A stretch of DNA of 64,000 nucleotides, taken from Vitrella brassicaformis CCMP3155 (Eukaryota; Protista; Chromerida). Shown here piece by piece: positions 22,310 to 36,298 of this stretch. A program made the translations under genes and the position numbers. Within the stretch, counting starts at the first letter, position 1, and each line of letters opens with the position of its first letter. Location of the stretch: positions 1 through 64,000 of the forward strand of contig CDMY01000491.1 of assembly GCA_001179505.1 (NCBI GenBank), in the 5' to 3' direction. Under the pieces are notes generated by a model. That model was given only the letters and a program-made list of their open reading frames with translations. It did not search any database and had not been told where the DNA came from.

Positions 22310-24776
22310 TCACAGTTTTCTGATCTGGATCTGCGACCCAGCAACATCAGCGGAACCGACAGTCAAGTCGCGATCACCCTAACAGACCAGCAAATATGAG
22401 AACAGATAGAACAGAGTTGTTGTGTGTGTGTCTTTTTTTCTGGCGCCCATTGACCAACCCACCTCCAGCATGACTTTGAGTGAGGTCCTGCCCATGATTG
22501 CCGGCTCAATGTCCTTGAGGGGCAGGTTCGCATATAGCGCACAGTACTTGAGCACGTCGAGCAGGGCATCGCTCTTGCGGAACCGACGCACCACCTGCTT
22601 CCCTTCGAAGCGGAATCGCATCTTCACCGACTCCGGGTCAGACTCTAAGCGAGACAACAGCCACCCATCCAAGAAAAGACACAGCATAACGCCATCCCTT
22701 CTTCCATGACCTTGTGGCTCTGCAGGTATCTCAGTCGGATCCACTTTCTCGTAGTGCTTGAGTGCCTCGTCAGCCATGAGGTTGTCCGGGTCGAGATCGA
22801 TGGGCTCGTCCTCCCTTCCCTCATCCCCGTATTCCTCCGAGACCCCCTTGTTGCTCTTCCCCCCACCCGGTGGTACCATGCCGTTGGCCGTAGCCCCGGG
22901 CGCATTCGCAGCTGAGACACTGGCGTCCTGGGAGCCGACACCTGTGACCTCCGGAGGGCATACGTTGCTTGCTGCAGAAGTACCCTGAGGAATGGATGAA
23001 CAAAAAGTTCACTGTTGATGCACATGCAAACTTCGGTTTCTGCAAGTCAGCTGTCTCGCCTGTGGTTTAAAATCTGATCCGCTGCGGTGCAAGTTGTTCT
23101 TGTCGAGGAATGATGTCACTGGGCAAGGCAGCGAAACAGAAGCGTAATGTGCGTGATAAGTGTCGGTTCATGCATATCTGTGTAACCTACGGAAGTCTGC
23201 AGCAGCCACAGCCGTGCTGAACTTCTTCGGCTCCCACGACTGTACCTGTCGTCCTGTCCGCGGATCTAACACAGCTATCACGGGATACGAGCGAGGCTGC
23301 AACGCACAAAGCAAATTTGTGAATGAGTGTCGTGCATTCTTGACTTCTAGACGACCGGATATCGCTGGATGAAGAGTTGGCCCTCAGCGGTGTCAGAGGG
23401 ACGCTGGAAGCCAATCACAAAGCGTGAAGATATCCGCTGGATATCAGTGGATGCCGTGAGGTATCATCTTCACCTGCCAGAATATAAACGAACTCTGGAT
23501 AATGTCCTTGACCGTCTCATCAGACCACACATCGCGATTCAACTGAATCCGACCAGAGAAAATGTTGCCATCCTGTTGCCTGCATTGCTGCTTCCACTAC
23601 TCACCTCGAGCGACAGGAATTCATCGTGTTTCTGTATGTTTACCAGCACCCACTTGTCCTGACGTTTGGCCTCCTCCAGTGCCTAATCAGCGACTCACAT
23701 GAAGACAGCGCCAGTTCACCGAGCTTCTCTTTACCTTTGTCGGGGCTTACCGTTTTGAGGTCCGATACGTACAGGAGATCCTTCGGGGGTCGGAACATCT
23801 GACCCCAGGCTGATTACCACAACAATGCAGACAGGATGAGATGTGAATGCATGTCAGTGCTAGCTACTAGGATTTACCCTCCTCTCCTGGGTTGGCCGGC
23901 TCTCCAAAGTTCATCATGGCGTCCAGAGCCACTGGCAAAGTACACACGACCACAGAGGTGGATACGGACGTACACGGCGTCTGATCGCTCACTGTCTGCT
24001 GCTCGATTGGCTTCCATGCCCATCCGATGCGGGCCAGAATCTGCTACAATGCCAAGGCACGTGAGCGAACATTGGTCGGTTTTGGTCCAGGGAGATTCCT
24101 GTCTTACCGATGAGTCTATCCCTGTATTGAGGCATGGGTGCCCTCACGTCGTCCTCGTCCACCATTCCCTGCGCGTCAGCCAGCAGTTGTGGAGGTATGT
24201 CATCATCCGCTATCCTGCCGCGGCCGTCACCACCATTCACTTGTCCTCCCGCCCGCTGCTGCTCCATCGATGAGAGCACTTGTCGGAGAGCCGAAGGGAT
24301 GCCGGCGGGGACGGCAGACGCCGCAAGATCGTGGGGACCCCGAACACTGGAAATTGCATGCACCATCGGTTGCGGCATTGATTGGACTGGCGCGCGCGTC
24401 ACATGATCTCTCTCACCCAGTCATCTGCACGTCGTCATCGTCGTTTTCGCGGTGGTTGGCTGCCGAGTTTGCCTCGAGAACAGGGGCTGCAGGAGAGGGA
24501 CCGCCAATCGAGTACTCGAAGTACAACTGCACAGCACGCTCGGGATCACCACCGCTCATCTAACCAACGATGGAAGACAACACGAGTGGACAAAGGCTCC
24601 GCGAGTGGCGTAACGTGCGGTTTCTCACCTCGAGATAGTGAGCGGCAGCATCTTGCTGAGCACCTGTGACGTCCATCACAAAGCAACCACATCATGGAGA
24701 TATGCATCACTGCCCTACGGATCCCACCTGTGACTTGCATGACGGTGGCAACGGGATCAGGCTCTTCTTGCTCCAT
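22310..24776 (-). CDS. UBA-UAS-UBX protein (UBXN7/Ubx5-like p97 adaptor), multi-exon
   Basis: MEQEEPDPVATVMQVTGAQQDAAAHYLE (UBA-like), DEDDVRAPMPQ, MFRPPKDLL, LNRDVWSDETVKDIIQSSFIFWQ (UAS), VKMRFRFEGKQVVRRFRKSD (UBX). Confidence 0.88.
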
Positions 24777-24838
24777 AGCTACCCTGGGTTTTTTGGTAGG
24801 GCATAATTCCGTGAAATCGCAGGCACTCCTGGCGCATA

Positions 24839-26684
24839 ATGGGGAATTTTGCCTGTCCGGGCTTTTTCGCCGGCGGAGTCCACAGCAAATACGAGATGGG
24901 GAAACGCCTTGGTGTTGGTCGTTTTGGGGAGGTCTGAATGCAACGAGAGAGCTTACAACAAACGATGATTTATGTGTGTCGGTAGGTCGTCGAGGTGTGG
25001 GATAGAAAGGATCCAACGAAAAAATATGCCATGAAAGTGCGCAAGAGGGGAGCGCTTCAATGGACACATGGGATTCAGTTTCTGTTTCAGATGTCTCCTC
25101 CCATTGATGAGACAATGCGGGAACGACTCAGGACTGAAGTGCGGATCATGCAGCATCTCGGTCGGCATCGCGGCCTCGTCAGCCTTATCGACTATGAGGA
25201 AACAGCAAACGGGAGCTTCAAATTGGTGCTAGACTTGTAAGTGAATACATGGAAGGACTCACCACGGGTTCACACGATTTCGAGATATGCCGGCGCGTAC
25301 ACCAGGTGCGAGGGCGGAGAGCTGTACGACCGGATTCACAAGAAAGGCTGCTATTCCGAGCGTGAAGCCAAAATAGTCCTCGGACACTTGGTACACGAAC
25401 GAAGGAATCAAGTACACTCAATCGCTGTACACTCAATCGCTGTGAGCTTCTCTGCAGCTTGAAACCATTTCCTTCATGCACAGCAGAGGCGTAATGCACA
25501 GAGACCTGAAGGTGGGTTGGAATTCGGAGTTCTTTTATTCCGACTCGTCTCGCTTTGTCCGTCTATTAGCCTGAGAACATTTTGCTGACAAGCAGAGAGA
25601 GCGATGTGGATGTGAAGATATCGGACCTAGGACTAGCCAAGATCAGGTGCCCAGGAATAGCCATTACACTCGTGCAATAGAGTACGTAATCGTCGTTCCT
25701 TCGCAGCGACTCGGGTAGCTTCCCAAGAGCGAAGTCCATCTGCGGGTCAGATTACTATCTCGCTCCAGAAGTCATCGAGCAGCAAGAGTACGGGAAAGAG
25801 GTACAGGCAAGAAATACGAGCGGCAAAGCAAAGAATTAATTGCCCTCTTTCAGATTGATATATGGGCTCTTGGTGTCGTGACATATGTGCTGCTCTCCGG
25901 ATCGCTTCCCTTCTTTCACAACCGACACCTGCACAAGCTGTATCGGCAGATCGTGGAACGGGACATCAGGTACCTGGCTCATACACCAAGAAGCAATGGC
26001 GACCCGATATCGACGCGGCCTTTTAATCAACTGCTCCTTGCAGTTTCCCGTCTTCTCAGTGGGGTAATGTGTCCAAGGGCGCACAAGATTTCATCCTACG
26101 CATGCTGCATGTCCAGCCGGAGATGAGAATGACGGTCAGAACAGGAAAATCGCAGTGACTGTATCCAGGTCCCCTCTCCCTGCTGTTTTCTCTCAGGCAG
26201 AGCAGGCTCTCCAGCATCCATGGCTCCGGGGTGTGCCCTCACCCTTCGCGACACTGCCTCCCAAAAGCGTCTCAGACGACACCGAGTCACGATGCGCTCA
26301 TGCAGTCACGGTTGCTCGTGATGGAGATAATGAGCTGAAAGCATTGTCTACTAGCTCATCGGCCGTGGAACGTTCCAGCGGATACGAAGGTTCGTGTGAC
26401 CAAGAACTCAATTGAGTGAATAAAGGCTACCTGTTTTCTCAGGCTCGTCCGTCGTGGAGCAGGCACACACTCATCCAGTGATACGGAACATGCAGACGCC
26501 TCCAACATTCGACGAATCACATCGCAGCTCGCATGCCTGCCCTTCCGACCAAGGCAACAACTCTGGCAGTCTGCTCAGCTGTATTCTGCCTGTAGTGAGC
26601 TCACTCGCCACAGAGACCGGCCGACATATCGATGCCCTTTTTGTCGACACGTCACACACTCACACTTGCAGACTTCCAGTATAG
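24839..26684 (+). CDS. CAMK-group Ser/Thr kinase with N-terminal MGNFAC acylation motif, multi-exon
   Basis: MGNFACPG...YEMGKRLGVGRFGEV, KYAMK, CEGGELYDRI, HRDLKPENILL, KISDLGLAK, CGSDYYLAPEV, DIWALGV, AEQALQHPWL. The stop is at 26415 or 26684. Confidence 0.93.
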
Positions 26685-27276
26685 AGGCCGCAGAAAATCC
26701 AGTATAGAGGCCGCAGAAAATCATGACAAATTCGGAACCTCTCATGATTTTAATATCAATATCAGTCCCGTGCATCTACCAGTCCCTCAACACGGGTTTG
26801 GGCCCACCGGACGCCTCCAGTAACACACTGGCTATCTGTCGGTGATTAGAGAGGCCGAGGATGCTCCTGCCCTTTGCGTTATACCATTATCATACTCATA
26901 CCCATACCTGGACCCGTCGTTCGACTTTTTTTGCATCATTTTACCCACCCTAGTACCGCAGCCCGGCCACGCCAGCAGGCGTCTTGGGACCAAATAACAC
27001 CTCGAAAACCTCGCAGCGGTACCCGCCTCCACCTGACGGCCACAATGATGTGCGATTTGCAGTGGAAATCTCCTCGAAGCAACGGGGGCGTCCTTCCGGC
27101 AGCAACCACGTCCCTTGCGCTGCCAGTCGTCTGTGTGATGGTGTCTGATCGGTCGTTTGGTCCGTGTTTGGCTTGTCGCATGTTTCTGTCATTCATTTCG
27201 TATGGTGCGCGTGCCTCTCTGACAGTGTGCGAGTACGTGACAGACTCTAGATCAGACGTTCTGGTCGCCCTTGCTT

Positions 27277-27425
27277 GTGACCCCGATGGCGCAGGGCCGC
27301 CCGGCTTGTAGCCTCCCCCCGGGCCAGGGGAGGTGGTGTGCCAGGTATATGTTGTGGGTGCGTGTACGTGTCTGTCTTACATGCTCAGTGTCTGTATGTG
27401 TGCCATGTCGTGTTGTGTGTGCCAG
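27277..27425 (-). repeat. Partial copy of the 4891/63385 repeat family
   Basis: Reverse complement of about 4905-5035. Confidence 0.85.
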
Positions 27426-28650
27426 GTCGATGTGCCTCCCCAAACAACAAAGGGCCGCGATCTTGAAGATGTACTTGGGGGACCAGAGCATGCCTGAGCT
27501 TCACCATACATGTATACATGAGACCCCGAGTGCCCGTCTTTTGGCCCGTCTCACCTGCTTGCGCTTTTACCTTACCGAAGCGGTCTTCCACCCGTCTCTG
27601 GACAACTTAGAGTCTCTGATAGGTAGGCTCTTCTGCAGCCTTACCGCCCGGACCTTCTCCTATCCCCAGCGACGTCTGCTGCCCACGGAAACAGCGGTCG
27701 CTGGGGCGGAGGGTGCTCTCGGTAATATTCCTGAAGCTTGAAAGAGCTTCGTAGAGTAGAAAATGTGGTCCCGAGGGGAAACATCGGCTTTCAGGGTTTG
27801 ACTGACATGGTAGCCCGATGGAGATGACCAGTGAGGCCGAGGAGGCTGATGATCCAGAGGGCCGTCAGCCCTTGTCTCCTTATCAGATTCTTTCTTCCCC
27901 TTATCTTTGTCTTTGTCTAATCGGTGTCACCGGGCCCCCCGCAGAAGGTTCCCCCTGGATTTGTGATATTGCGGGAATCACTCTTTTGGTTTTCTGGGAG
28001 GTTTGCGAGGTTTCAAAAGCAAGTCCAGGGGGTCTGGACACCAATATTAAGTGATTTGGGAGTTTTGGTGTCGCAGGGACTTTTCCATGTGTCTTTGTGA
28101 AAACTAGGCACCTCGCTCGAGAGACCGCCCATAAAAGATCGCGAAAAGCCCTTTTGCTTGATGAATGAATTTGAAAGGTGTGTGTACTGGCTGTGCCAGA
28201 TAGCCATCCAGAACAGCCCTGGCCCTGGTGTCTCGCAGCCGCTCGGCGCGCAGGGCGTCTGTTTTACTCTCTTCGAGTCCCGAAGTAAAATCCCTTACAT
28301 TTTCACATCATTCACGTCCAGAAACGATCCCCCAGAGGAAGAAGCTGAAAAAAGAACGCCAATGCGTGGGCGATTTTTTTTTCATCACTTCGTTTAGTTT
28401 ATCTACTTTGTTCCCGTGTGCTTGTCCATTGCTTTACGTTGTCCGATTTGGAGGTTCTCTAAGTAATATCCTAAGACCCACCTCAGGCCGTACCTAAACC
28501 CTAAACCCTAGATCGGGTTCCCCGGGGAAACCTCAATTTGATACTGGCAGACCCTGATACTGGCCGACCCTAATACAAAAAAGCTTTTGAGCCCTACAAG
28601 CCCTTGACTATTTTTGACAGTCCAAACGCCGCAGGCAATAACATATACAC

Positions 28651-31600
28651 ATGGCTCTTTTAGAGACACATAAAGCCCTTCCACGCACCGAGCCCCTACG
28701 AGCGGAACGAGTCACGAGCGCAGCGAATGGGGCTAGCGAAAGAGGCCCATCGTTTCGACAAACATATTGCTCGAAAGAAAGGCGGGCAGTACTTGTTGCC
28801 TTGTTACTTATTGCGCGTTCAGCATCACCTGTGGTCAAAAAGCGGCACCAGGCAGACAACGGACAAAAAGGTGGGCTTAAGCGACTGGCTCGGCACGGGA
28901 CGTCCTTAAGTATGTGGTTTCCTGTCTTTGTAACCAGCCTCCCTGCTTTCTCTCTGTGTTCCCGATGTTGATGATCCTTTTTTTGCGGGCAGGAGATTTG
29001 CTGTATGTCGGGCAGACGGAGCATCCTCCATGCCTGAGAACCTTCCTCCTTCAGTCCGGCTATCGATCTCTTCCACGTCACGCCCATCTGAAAAGACGCA
29101 GCCTTTCCCCATATTCTATCTGGATTCCTTCACAAGTAGCGCTACCTTTCAGCTGGTCAATGAGGATCCTAAGCGCATGTCGGGCAAGCTTTACCCGAAG
29201 CTGTATGGCGATGTTGAGGCGTTCACACTTGAGGCGTCTGGAAGCGACGGACAGTACATCGAAAACATCGAGCCGAAGAAGAGTGTCAACATCACAGTCA
29301 CGTACATCGCGGTCACGTGGAAAGGCGAGCAGCTTCGAGAAGAAGCGGACACTCAGCAGGATGATGGCGGCCATGGGCCGGAAACCAATGCTGCCTTCGT
29401 CCGTCTCCGAAATGACGTGAGTGCCACCGACCTCCACACAGCATTAGCCACTCGCCCGCTCCTCATTTTGTGGTCTCAGGTGTGGCTGCTGCTGGTGGGG
29501 AGGAGTGAGCCTCCGAGCGGGGGGCCTACAAATTTTGCAAATTTAACCTTGCTGCCTACGGAATCCCTCTCCAGATGGCCCGAGTGTCCATTGTTTCTGG
29601 AGACATGCAATTCATCTATCGAACGAATTGTTACCGTAGGGATGGGGTTCCATACGACTCAGGTGCGTTCTGTCGCCTGGCATGTCACCTTGACGCATTA
29701 TCTTGGTCTGTCTTTTCATTCTCGCTTAGCATTCACCTGTTCTCTATCACGGCCCCTTGGGTGCAGATGTCATGCTTACTGCCGTTGTACCTCGCGGCTC
29801 CGAGCCTGTGTTTGTTGCCCAAGAAGTGCTACTCCACCCCGTCGTGAAGATGGACCAAGCAACTGCTATCGATTATGACGGCGACGGAGAGGAGCAACTT
29901 CGCTTCGACGTAAGTGAAGCTTTTGGTACCTGGGCACAAGCACTGCGCCTGCTTCGTCTGCTGTGGTGCAGGCCACCGGCTCGCATACCCATGAGTGGGG
30001 GAACAGTGTAGTTGCATACACATTCATGTTAGACGAATCCATTTACGAACACACAGTAAGTCCAATTTGAGGAGCCCATGGGCTTTTGACCTCCGTATTG
30101 GCACGCAGGAATGCTATACTGATGAGAGCGCCTGTGTACGGGAGTTTTCCGCGTCGCTCAAGATCGGTACCCACACTGCCAGCCTGACTATCGGTGACAG
30201 GAAGGGGCGCCTGCTGTCGGGCGAGAACCATGTCGTCCACGTGGCTTCGGTGGACGAGATTCCAGGGTGTGCTCTCTCGCTCTATGCTGCACAAGATGGA
30301 CATGATGGTGCCACGTCCGACATGTCCAGATGGTTGGGAAGCGATTCTGAGCCCATCGTTGGCGCACCCTTGCGTCAGGGCGAGGAGAGTCCTCTGCCGC
30401 CTCAGTGGGTTACGTCGAGTATCAATGACCGACCAGGCGGACATGAAGACACCCCGCAAAAGTCATGCCTCGTTTTCCCGGACGGAGCCGATGCATTTTT
30501 TGATTCCCGATTCAAAAGCAACATCATTATACGGGCGTTGGTAGGATGGAAGAAACACACTCACCGACACAATTACTCATTGGCAGACGCCATCAGAGAC
30601 GGTAACCCTCATTGTGGAGACCCCCGTTGTTTTCCTGTGTTGTGCTGGTTCTCAGGGGACGATTGAAATTCTGGATGGGTCGTCTGACTGGATGATGCTG
30701 GAGGTAAAAGGAGGTGACAATTCGGCTGTGTGGATCCAAGGCAAGGAGACGCAGGATGGCTCTCGCACAGTCAGCCTGTCTCAACAGGGCACAGATAACA
30801 GAGCCAGCAACAACCGAGTGAGTTTCGAGGTTCGGTGGCTTGTCGGCGAGGCAGGATCATCCCGAGACGGAGTGTGGCTTGAGGTCAAAGGAAAGCATCA
30901 CTGGCGCATAGTGCATAGCCAGAGGTACCATGAAATCTACAATGCTTGGGCAGCGCGAATGGATGCAGGAAGCACTTCTTGATGAGATGCAGAGATTGGC
31001 CCCCCTTCGTTAACAAAGTGACTCCCGATGTGATTCAACCAAAACGCGGGCAAGATGTAACAATTCAAGGAGCAGGCTTCCTCAACCCTGAAGTAGACGC
31101 GGGAAGGAAAGCGAAGCAAAAGCTGCAGCTTGGCCCACGCGTTCGTGACTCCTGGTGCAGAGTTTGGAGAACGCGACGCTGCTCCTAAACGGCATCGAGG
31201 TGAAGCTCGACGATCAAACGGACAGCAACAGCACGGAACCGGGGATACTTGAGTGGACTGGAACACGAATCAACTACCGACCACATCCGGTCAGCATGTG
31301 TAGCATCTTGCGCTGGCAGCAAATTGCCCAGGTCACGCTGAGTTTGTGTTCCCTTCAGACCACTGAGGACACGGCGAGCGGCATTCAGATAAGGACGGCA
31401 AAGGGAACCTCCAACCTCTACCCTGTGAAAGTTTCAGCAGCAGCGCAGATGAGAGACGTCAAGTACGGACAGCCAAAAACGCTTCTAACAGGTCTCTTCG
31501 ACTTACTCCAGGAGAATACGACAGAGGCAGAACGGTTGCAACAGCAAGAGAGAAAGCTTCTCAGCCCCTTCCTCCGGGGAGGTCTCGGCCTGACGGGGGA

Positions 31601-34095
31601 CTGGGGCCCAGATGCGAAGACCTTCTTCGTCGGCACAGCACAAGGGAAGCTCATGAGTGTGATGTTCACCAGTAACGACGAGATAGATCCGCGGTCCTTG
31701 AGAGTCTATGACACGATCCGTAGGGCGTACCCGGAGGACTCTCTTATTGGCATCGCCTGTGTGTGGCAAAACCCAGCACAAAAGGAGGGGTATACAGCGG
31801 AGTCTTGCTATCTGTTGCGTTTGGCCTCAGTTGATCCACTTCGCGACCCCCTCGACCCGCACCTTTACGCGGCTCACGCACCGATCTACTATTGGGTCAA
31901 GCAAAAAACGCAGCAGGCAGCAAGACACAGGGGAGAAGCGTGGCCGTGTTTGTTCAGTGGAGGAACGGAGTCCAATGCTTCAAAGGCGAGAATGACTATG
32001 CCGCTTTTTTGGGGAAGATCTCTAGGCTGTCTGGACCGAACTTTGCAACTCTAGAGACGCTCGTCGAGGGCCTTCCCAACGGCAATGGTGACCATAGCAT
32101 GAATGGCATACACTTTGACAACGAAGGCAACCTGTACGCTAACGCTGGGTCACAAACAAATGCGGGATGGCCGGGTGAGCTATCACTTCCAAGAGGGGTG
32201 TTTTCATACCGCTCTTGCCTATGTGTCGCTTTGTTGCCAGATTGCGGGTTGGGGCGTAGACAGGAACCATCCGGGGTGAGTGAAGTGTATTACTATTCAT
32301 TTTCATGTGCCATTTAGGCTTGGCGGCTTGCCAGAGTCGCATCTGACGGGTTCGGTGCTCAAGGTATGCATGGAGCTGACGATGATTAGGCACATGTCTT
32401 TTCATTCGCCTTCGACTTTGTCATAGATAGAGGTTCACAATCCTGATCTGAGCAGTAAGATTGAGTACGTCTACTACAAAACTCGTGAACCCGTGGAGAA
32501 TCCGAATCAGGTGCGATGGCCTACGCTGTCTCTTAGCAGCTGTCCCTCATCTTCAGGTCGAGGGAGACCGCTATGACCTGGCAGATGGCATTACGGGTAT
32601 TTCAATCTGGGCGACCGGACTGCGGAACAACTATGACTCCACTTACTCAACAAAAGGTCTACTCGTAGCGAGACTCCTGTAGCACTAGCACTAAAAGACA
32701 CATGCAGATAGACGGATGGATTGGTATCATCCATATGCCTTCAGGCGAAACCTACGTCATCATGAACGGTCCGAATTCGTGGCTTGGCGCATCTGTAAAC
32801 GGCGAACCAGAAGACAGAGGCTGTACAGCAGCAGACTTTGACACATGGTATTCGTGTAGAGCTCAACGGGGCAACGTTTGTATCTCCGTACATGAGCCGT
32901 CTTGTAGGGATGAGATTTACCTTGACAATGTCCGGAATCCGCTTTTTCTCCCCAAACCTTATACTGTGCCAAAAGGGGAGGAACCCAAACAATGTCAGCC
33001 AGTGATAGGCCCGCAATTTGGAGGTCCCGACAGGATATTCAGAACGTCCGAGGGCGCTCATCATGGCCACCCCAATCCAGCACGAGCACGCAACACCGGT
33101 GACACAAGGCAGTGGTAGGTATAACACTCACAGCATCCCGTCTCCAATCACTGTAAGCCCAACGATGATGTGATCGGAAGGCACCACCATGTCTTGAGGC
33201 CCAATATGGAATACACCCCTGGATGGGAAATTCCTTCGTCAACAGTAAGTCGTTGGGAGCACCATAGACGGCAACTTTCTTGCCCGCTGTGCATGTCGCT
33301 GCCTGACTTGTCAGACTGGAGTAACAGAGTACCGGGGGACGTGCTTCGGCGGCAAGCTCCACAACGACATCCTTGTTTCGAGATGGAAGCAAGGCATTTA
33401 CTTCCTTGATCTTCGGCAGGAGGAAATAAGGTGAAACACTCATTTCATCAGTGATGACTGGCTGAAAGATCCAGCGAACCATGTGTCGATGCATCTTTCT
33501 GCCTCCATACAGGACCCTGACAGACGACACAGGGAAGAACCTTGACATTGTCTACGGCCCCGGCTGTTCGATAATGATTGTCTCTTTCGACAAGGATGAG
33601 CTGGCCCTTATCACGCCCGACGAGGAAGCGCTGGATAGCTTCGAAACGAAGGAAGTAGGGGCTGGCGCGGCTGTCATTTACGACATCCTCCCGTGGAGGG
33701 CACCTAGAGAGTAGGCTCATGCTGAGGCTCATGCTGTGGCCTCATTTATGCACGACCTGCCATTTGCACGACCTGCCATTTACGTTGCCGCTGTTTCTTG
33801 TCATGTAACCCACTTATCTGTCATTTTCAGGTACGACGCGCCTTTCACAATTGGGGGACGCAGGTTTACGAGAGAGAAAAAGCCAGCTGCGGTTCGCATA
33901 GGTGGCGTCGAGGCCGAAATAAGTTCGTATGATGACACCCGCATCGAAGGGATTGTTCGAACAGGGCATACGGGCGATAAGCCCGCGAAGAAACTCGTTG
34001 ATGTTGAAGTCATTTTCTCTGATCACACAACAGCACTTCTCAAAGAAGCGTTCATGTTTCTCAATGCACCTCCGCAGTCAGACCCTGACTTGTAG
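28651..34095 (+). CDS. Large membrane-anchored protein: IPT/TIG + glucose/sorbosone dehydrogenase (GSDH)-like beta-propeller + IPT/TIG, many exons
   Basis: Hydrophobic anchor RRAVLVALLLIARS. TIG-like PPFVNKVTPDVIQPKRGQDVTIQGAGF. Propeller-like LVEGLPNGNGDHSMNGIHFDNEGNLYANAGSQTNAG, SIWATGLRNNYD, HHGHPNPARA, TGVTEYRGTCFGGKLHNDILVS. C-terminal TIG-like FTIGGRRF...VRIGGVEAEI. Confidence 0.72.
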
Positions 34096-36298
34096 TTAGA
34101 ACGGACTGTTGAAGCACTATGTCTTCAAGCACTAGCGTCGACACGGTTGGAGTCAGCTTGGAGAGACGGGAGAAGTTGCTGGCTGAGGTATGCGGAAATG
34201 ATGGCTGCAGTGTTCATTCATTCATTCATTCATGCGTCACTCACACGAGACGAGTACATGTTTGCTGCTGTTTTCTTCCGTCGGGGCAGACAGGTAGAGT
34301 GACTTGCAAACACGAATCATGATCATTTGTATCATCTAGGCCGCCGGGACGGCTTCATTTTTTGGCAACACACACAAGGACGTCCTGGCGTTCTCATTTG
34401 CATTGCACGCAAACGAATAGATACGCAACCAACTTCAACTTTCACTGTAGGGATGCCGATCGGCTAAACTCCGACCTCGGGCCATTAATGGCTGGACTAA
34501 GTAGCCATGAATTCGGACATTGAGAGAGATGATGGTATCGAATGGTGTATTTGTTTTCGATGTGTGCATATTCAACACAGTCAATGTGCATGTGAACCAG
34601 CTGATGACAGCGTGATCCATGGAAGAAGCCAGTGACACACTTCCGTCCTCTGTCGAACAACTGCAGCGCGATCACGACAATGGAACTTTTTCACGCAATG
34701 GCGCACCATGATGCATCCGTCCCATCAATCGTCTCTCTCTGCCGCTGCATGCGCATTCATGAGACAGATGGTCGCATTCATGAGACAGACGTGGCGTGGC
34801 AATCGGCCACGCCACGTCTGTCTGTCTGCCGCCTTTTGTCTTTTTTGTTTATGTGTGCGCTCTCTCTCTCTCTCTCTCTCTTCGCACACATACAGCCCTG
34901 TCAGAGCTGACTGTTGACATAAGACATATACTAAGGAAGCCACCGTGTGTCTATGTCAGAAATATTTATATGCCTGCACGTGTGTATGTGTGGATGTGTG
35001 TGCATTAGAGAAATGAAGGACAAGGGAAAAACACAAAGTCCCCCCATGGATGTCCCACACGGGTGTCGCCCTTTTCGCCATATCCATTGTTGAGTCGCCG
35101 TGCCGTACTTGAATATAGAAGGCGGTCCAATCTAGGTGACTTAACAGGCCGCCTCGGCTTGCCAGCTCGGGGCGCTAGCGCGAGACGGGTCACTTTGGTT
35201 CACAGTGATCGCAAGGCACGCTGGACCACATGCAGGTCATTTAAGACAATGTCCCACTTATCCGACGCCCACAGTATACGTTTCCATGGATTGTCAGGAT
35301 AAGTACCGCTGTCGCATCTCTGACGTTGGGTTGTAGATGTTGGCGCCTGTCGAGAAACTGAAACATGGAATTGTACATTCAACAACGCCATGTTTCAGAT
35401 GATGTCCGGGAATCGGCAGCGGTGTCGGCAGATTAGCGGAGGCAATTGAATCTTGCCTTTGCGCAGAGTTTGTGTTGCTGTCCGTCTGGCTGTTCGCATC
35501 TGATTCGCAATTCAGGGTTTGCAGCCACCGTATGATGCCTCGCTCTTTGCGAGTGTTGTGTTCGTCCAGGGCTAGCGAGCAACCGCGTCCACCAGACAGA
35601 CACATATACACAGCAATCCGTCAGGATTGCCTTTTTCCTGTCATTCTTCTCGAGCCAGCCAGGTGATTTCGACGTCGATCATTCGCTGGCCCCGGCGAGG
35701 TTCGACATAGGCCTGATAGAACACACACAGAACAACAACTGGCCGCCGCATGTGCTGTTCTGATGGGAACCGGCCGTCAAACACACACACACACACAGAG
35801 AGAGACAGAGAGAGAGAGACAGAGAAGGGGGGGAAGAGAGAGGTGGCCTTTCTGGCCCCATTCGCTGCTCCGTTGATGTGTCACCTTCACACATGCACAT
35901 ATGGACACCGGGAAGGAGAGTCACTGTGAGAGACCGATAATGACTGGCGTCGTTCGCTGCGCTTGCCCTTGATGCTTTGCACAAGCCAAGTGATTAAGCA
36001 CAAAGTCCCACTGCAGGCCAGTGGGGCTCTCTCAGGTTTTCTCCGTCTCTAGCAGCCGTCGAGGAGCCTATGTGAGGCTCTTCCAGTTTCTCTCTCAAAG
36101 GCTTTCACTCAGTGCGTCTTGAGCTACTCTCGGCGAAACAAGTGGGCGGAGGGGCTTGTCTTTGGCTACTATCCTTGCTTGACTCGCAAATTCATCTTCC
36201 TGGACAAGGCTAGGCTTGATGTGCTAGCAGGGACTGCCTGCCTGCCGAAGAGTGTTACATTTGTTTCTGAGGCCCTTCTCTATCGGCGACCATTGTGA

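Noticed and set aside
27775-27860. Possible hammerhead ribozyme (GAAA, CATCGG/CCGATG stem, CTGATGA)
   Set aside because: There is no UH cleavage triplet after stem III and no R-Y closing pair for stem II.
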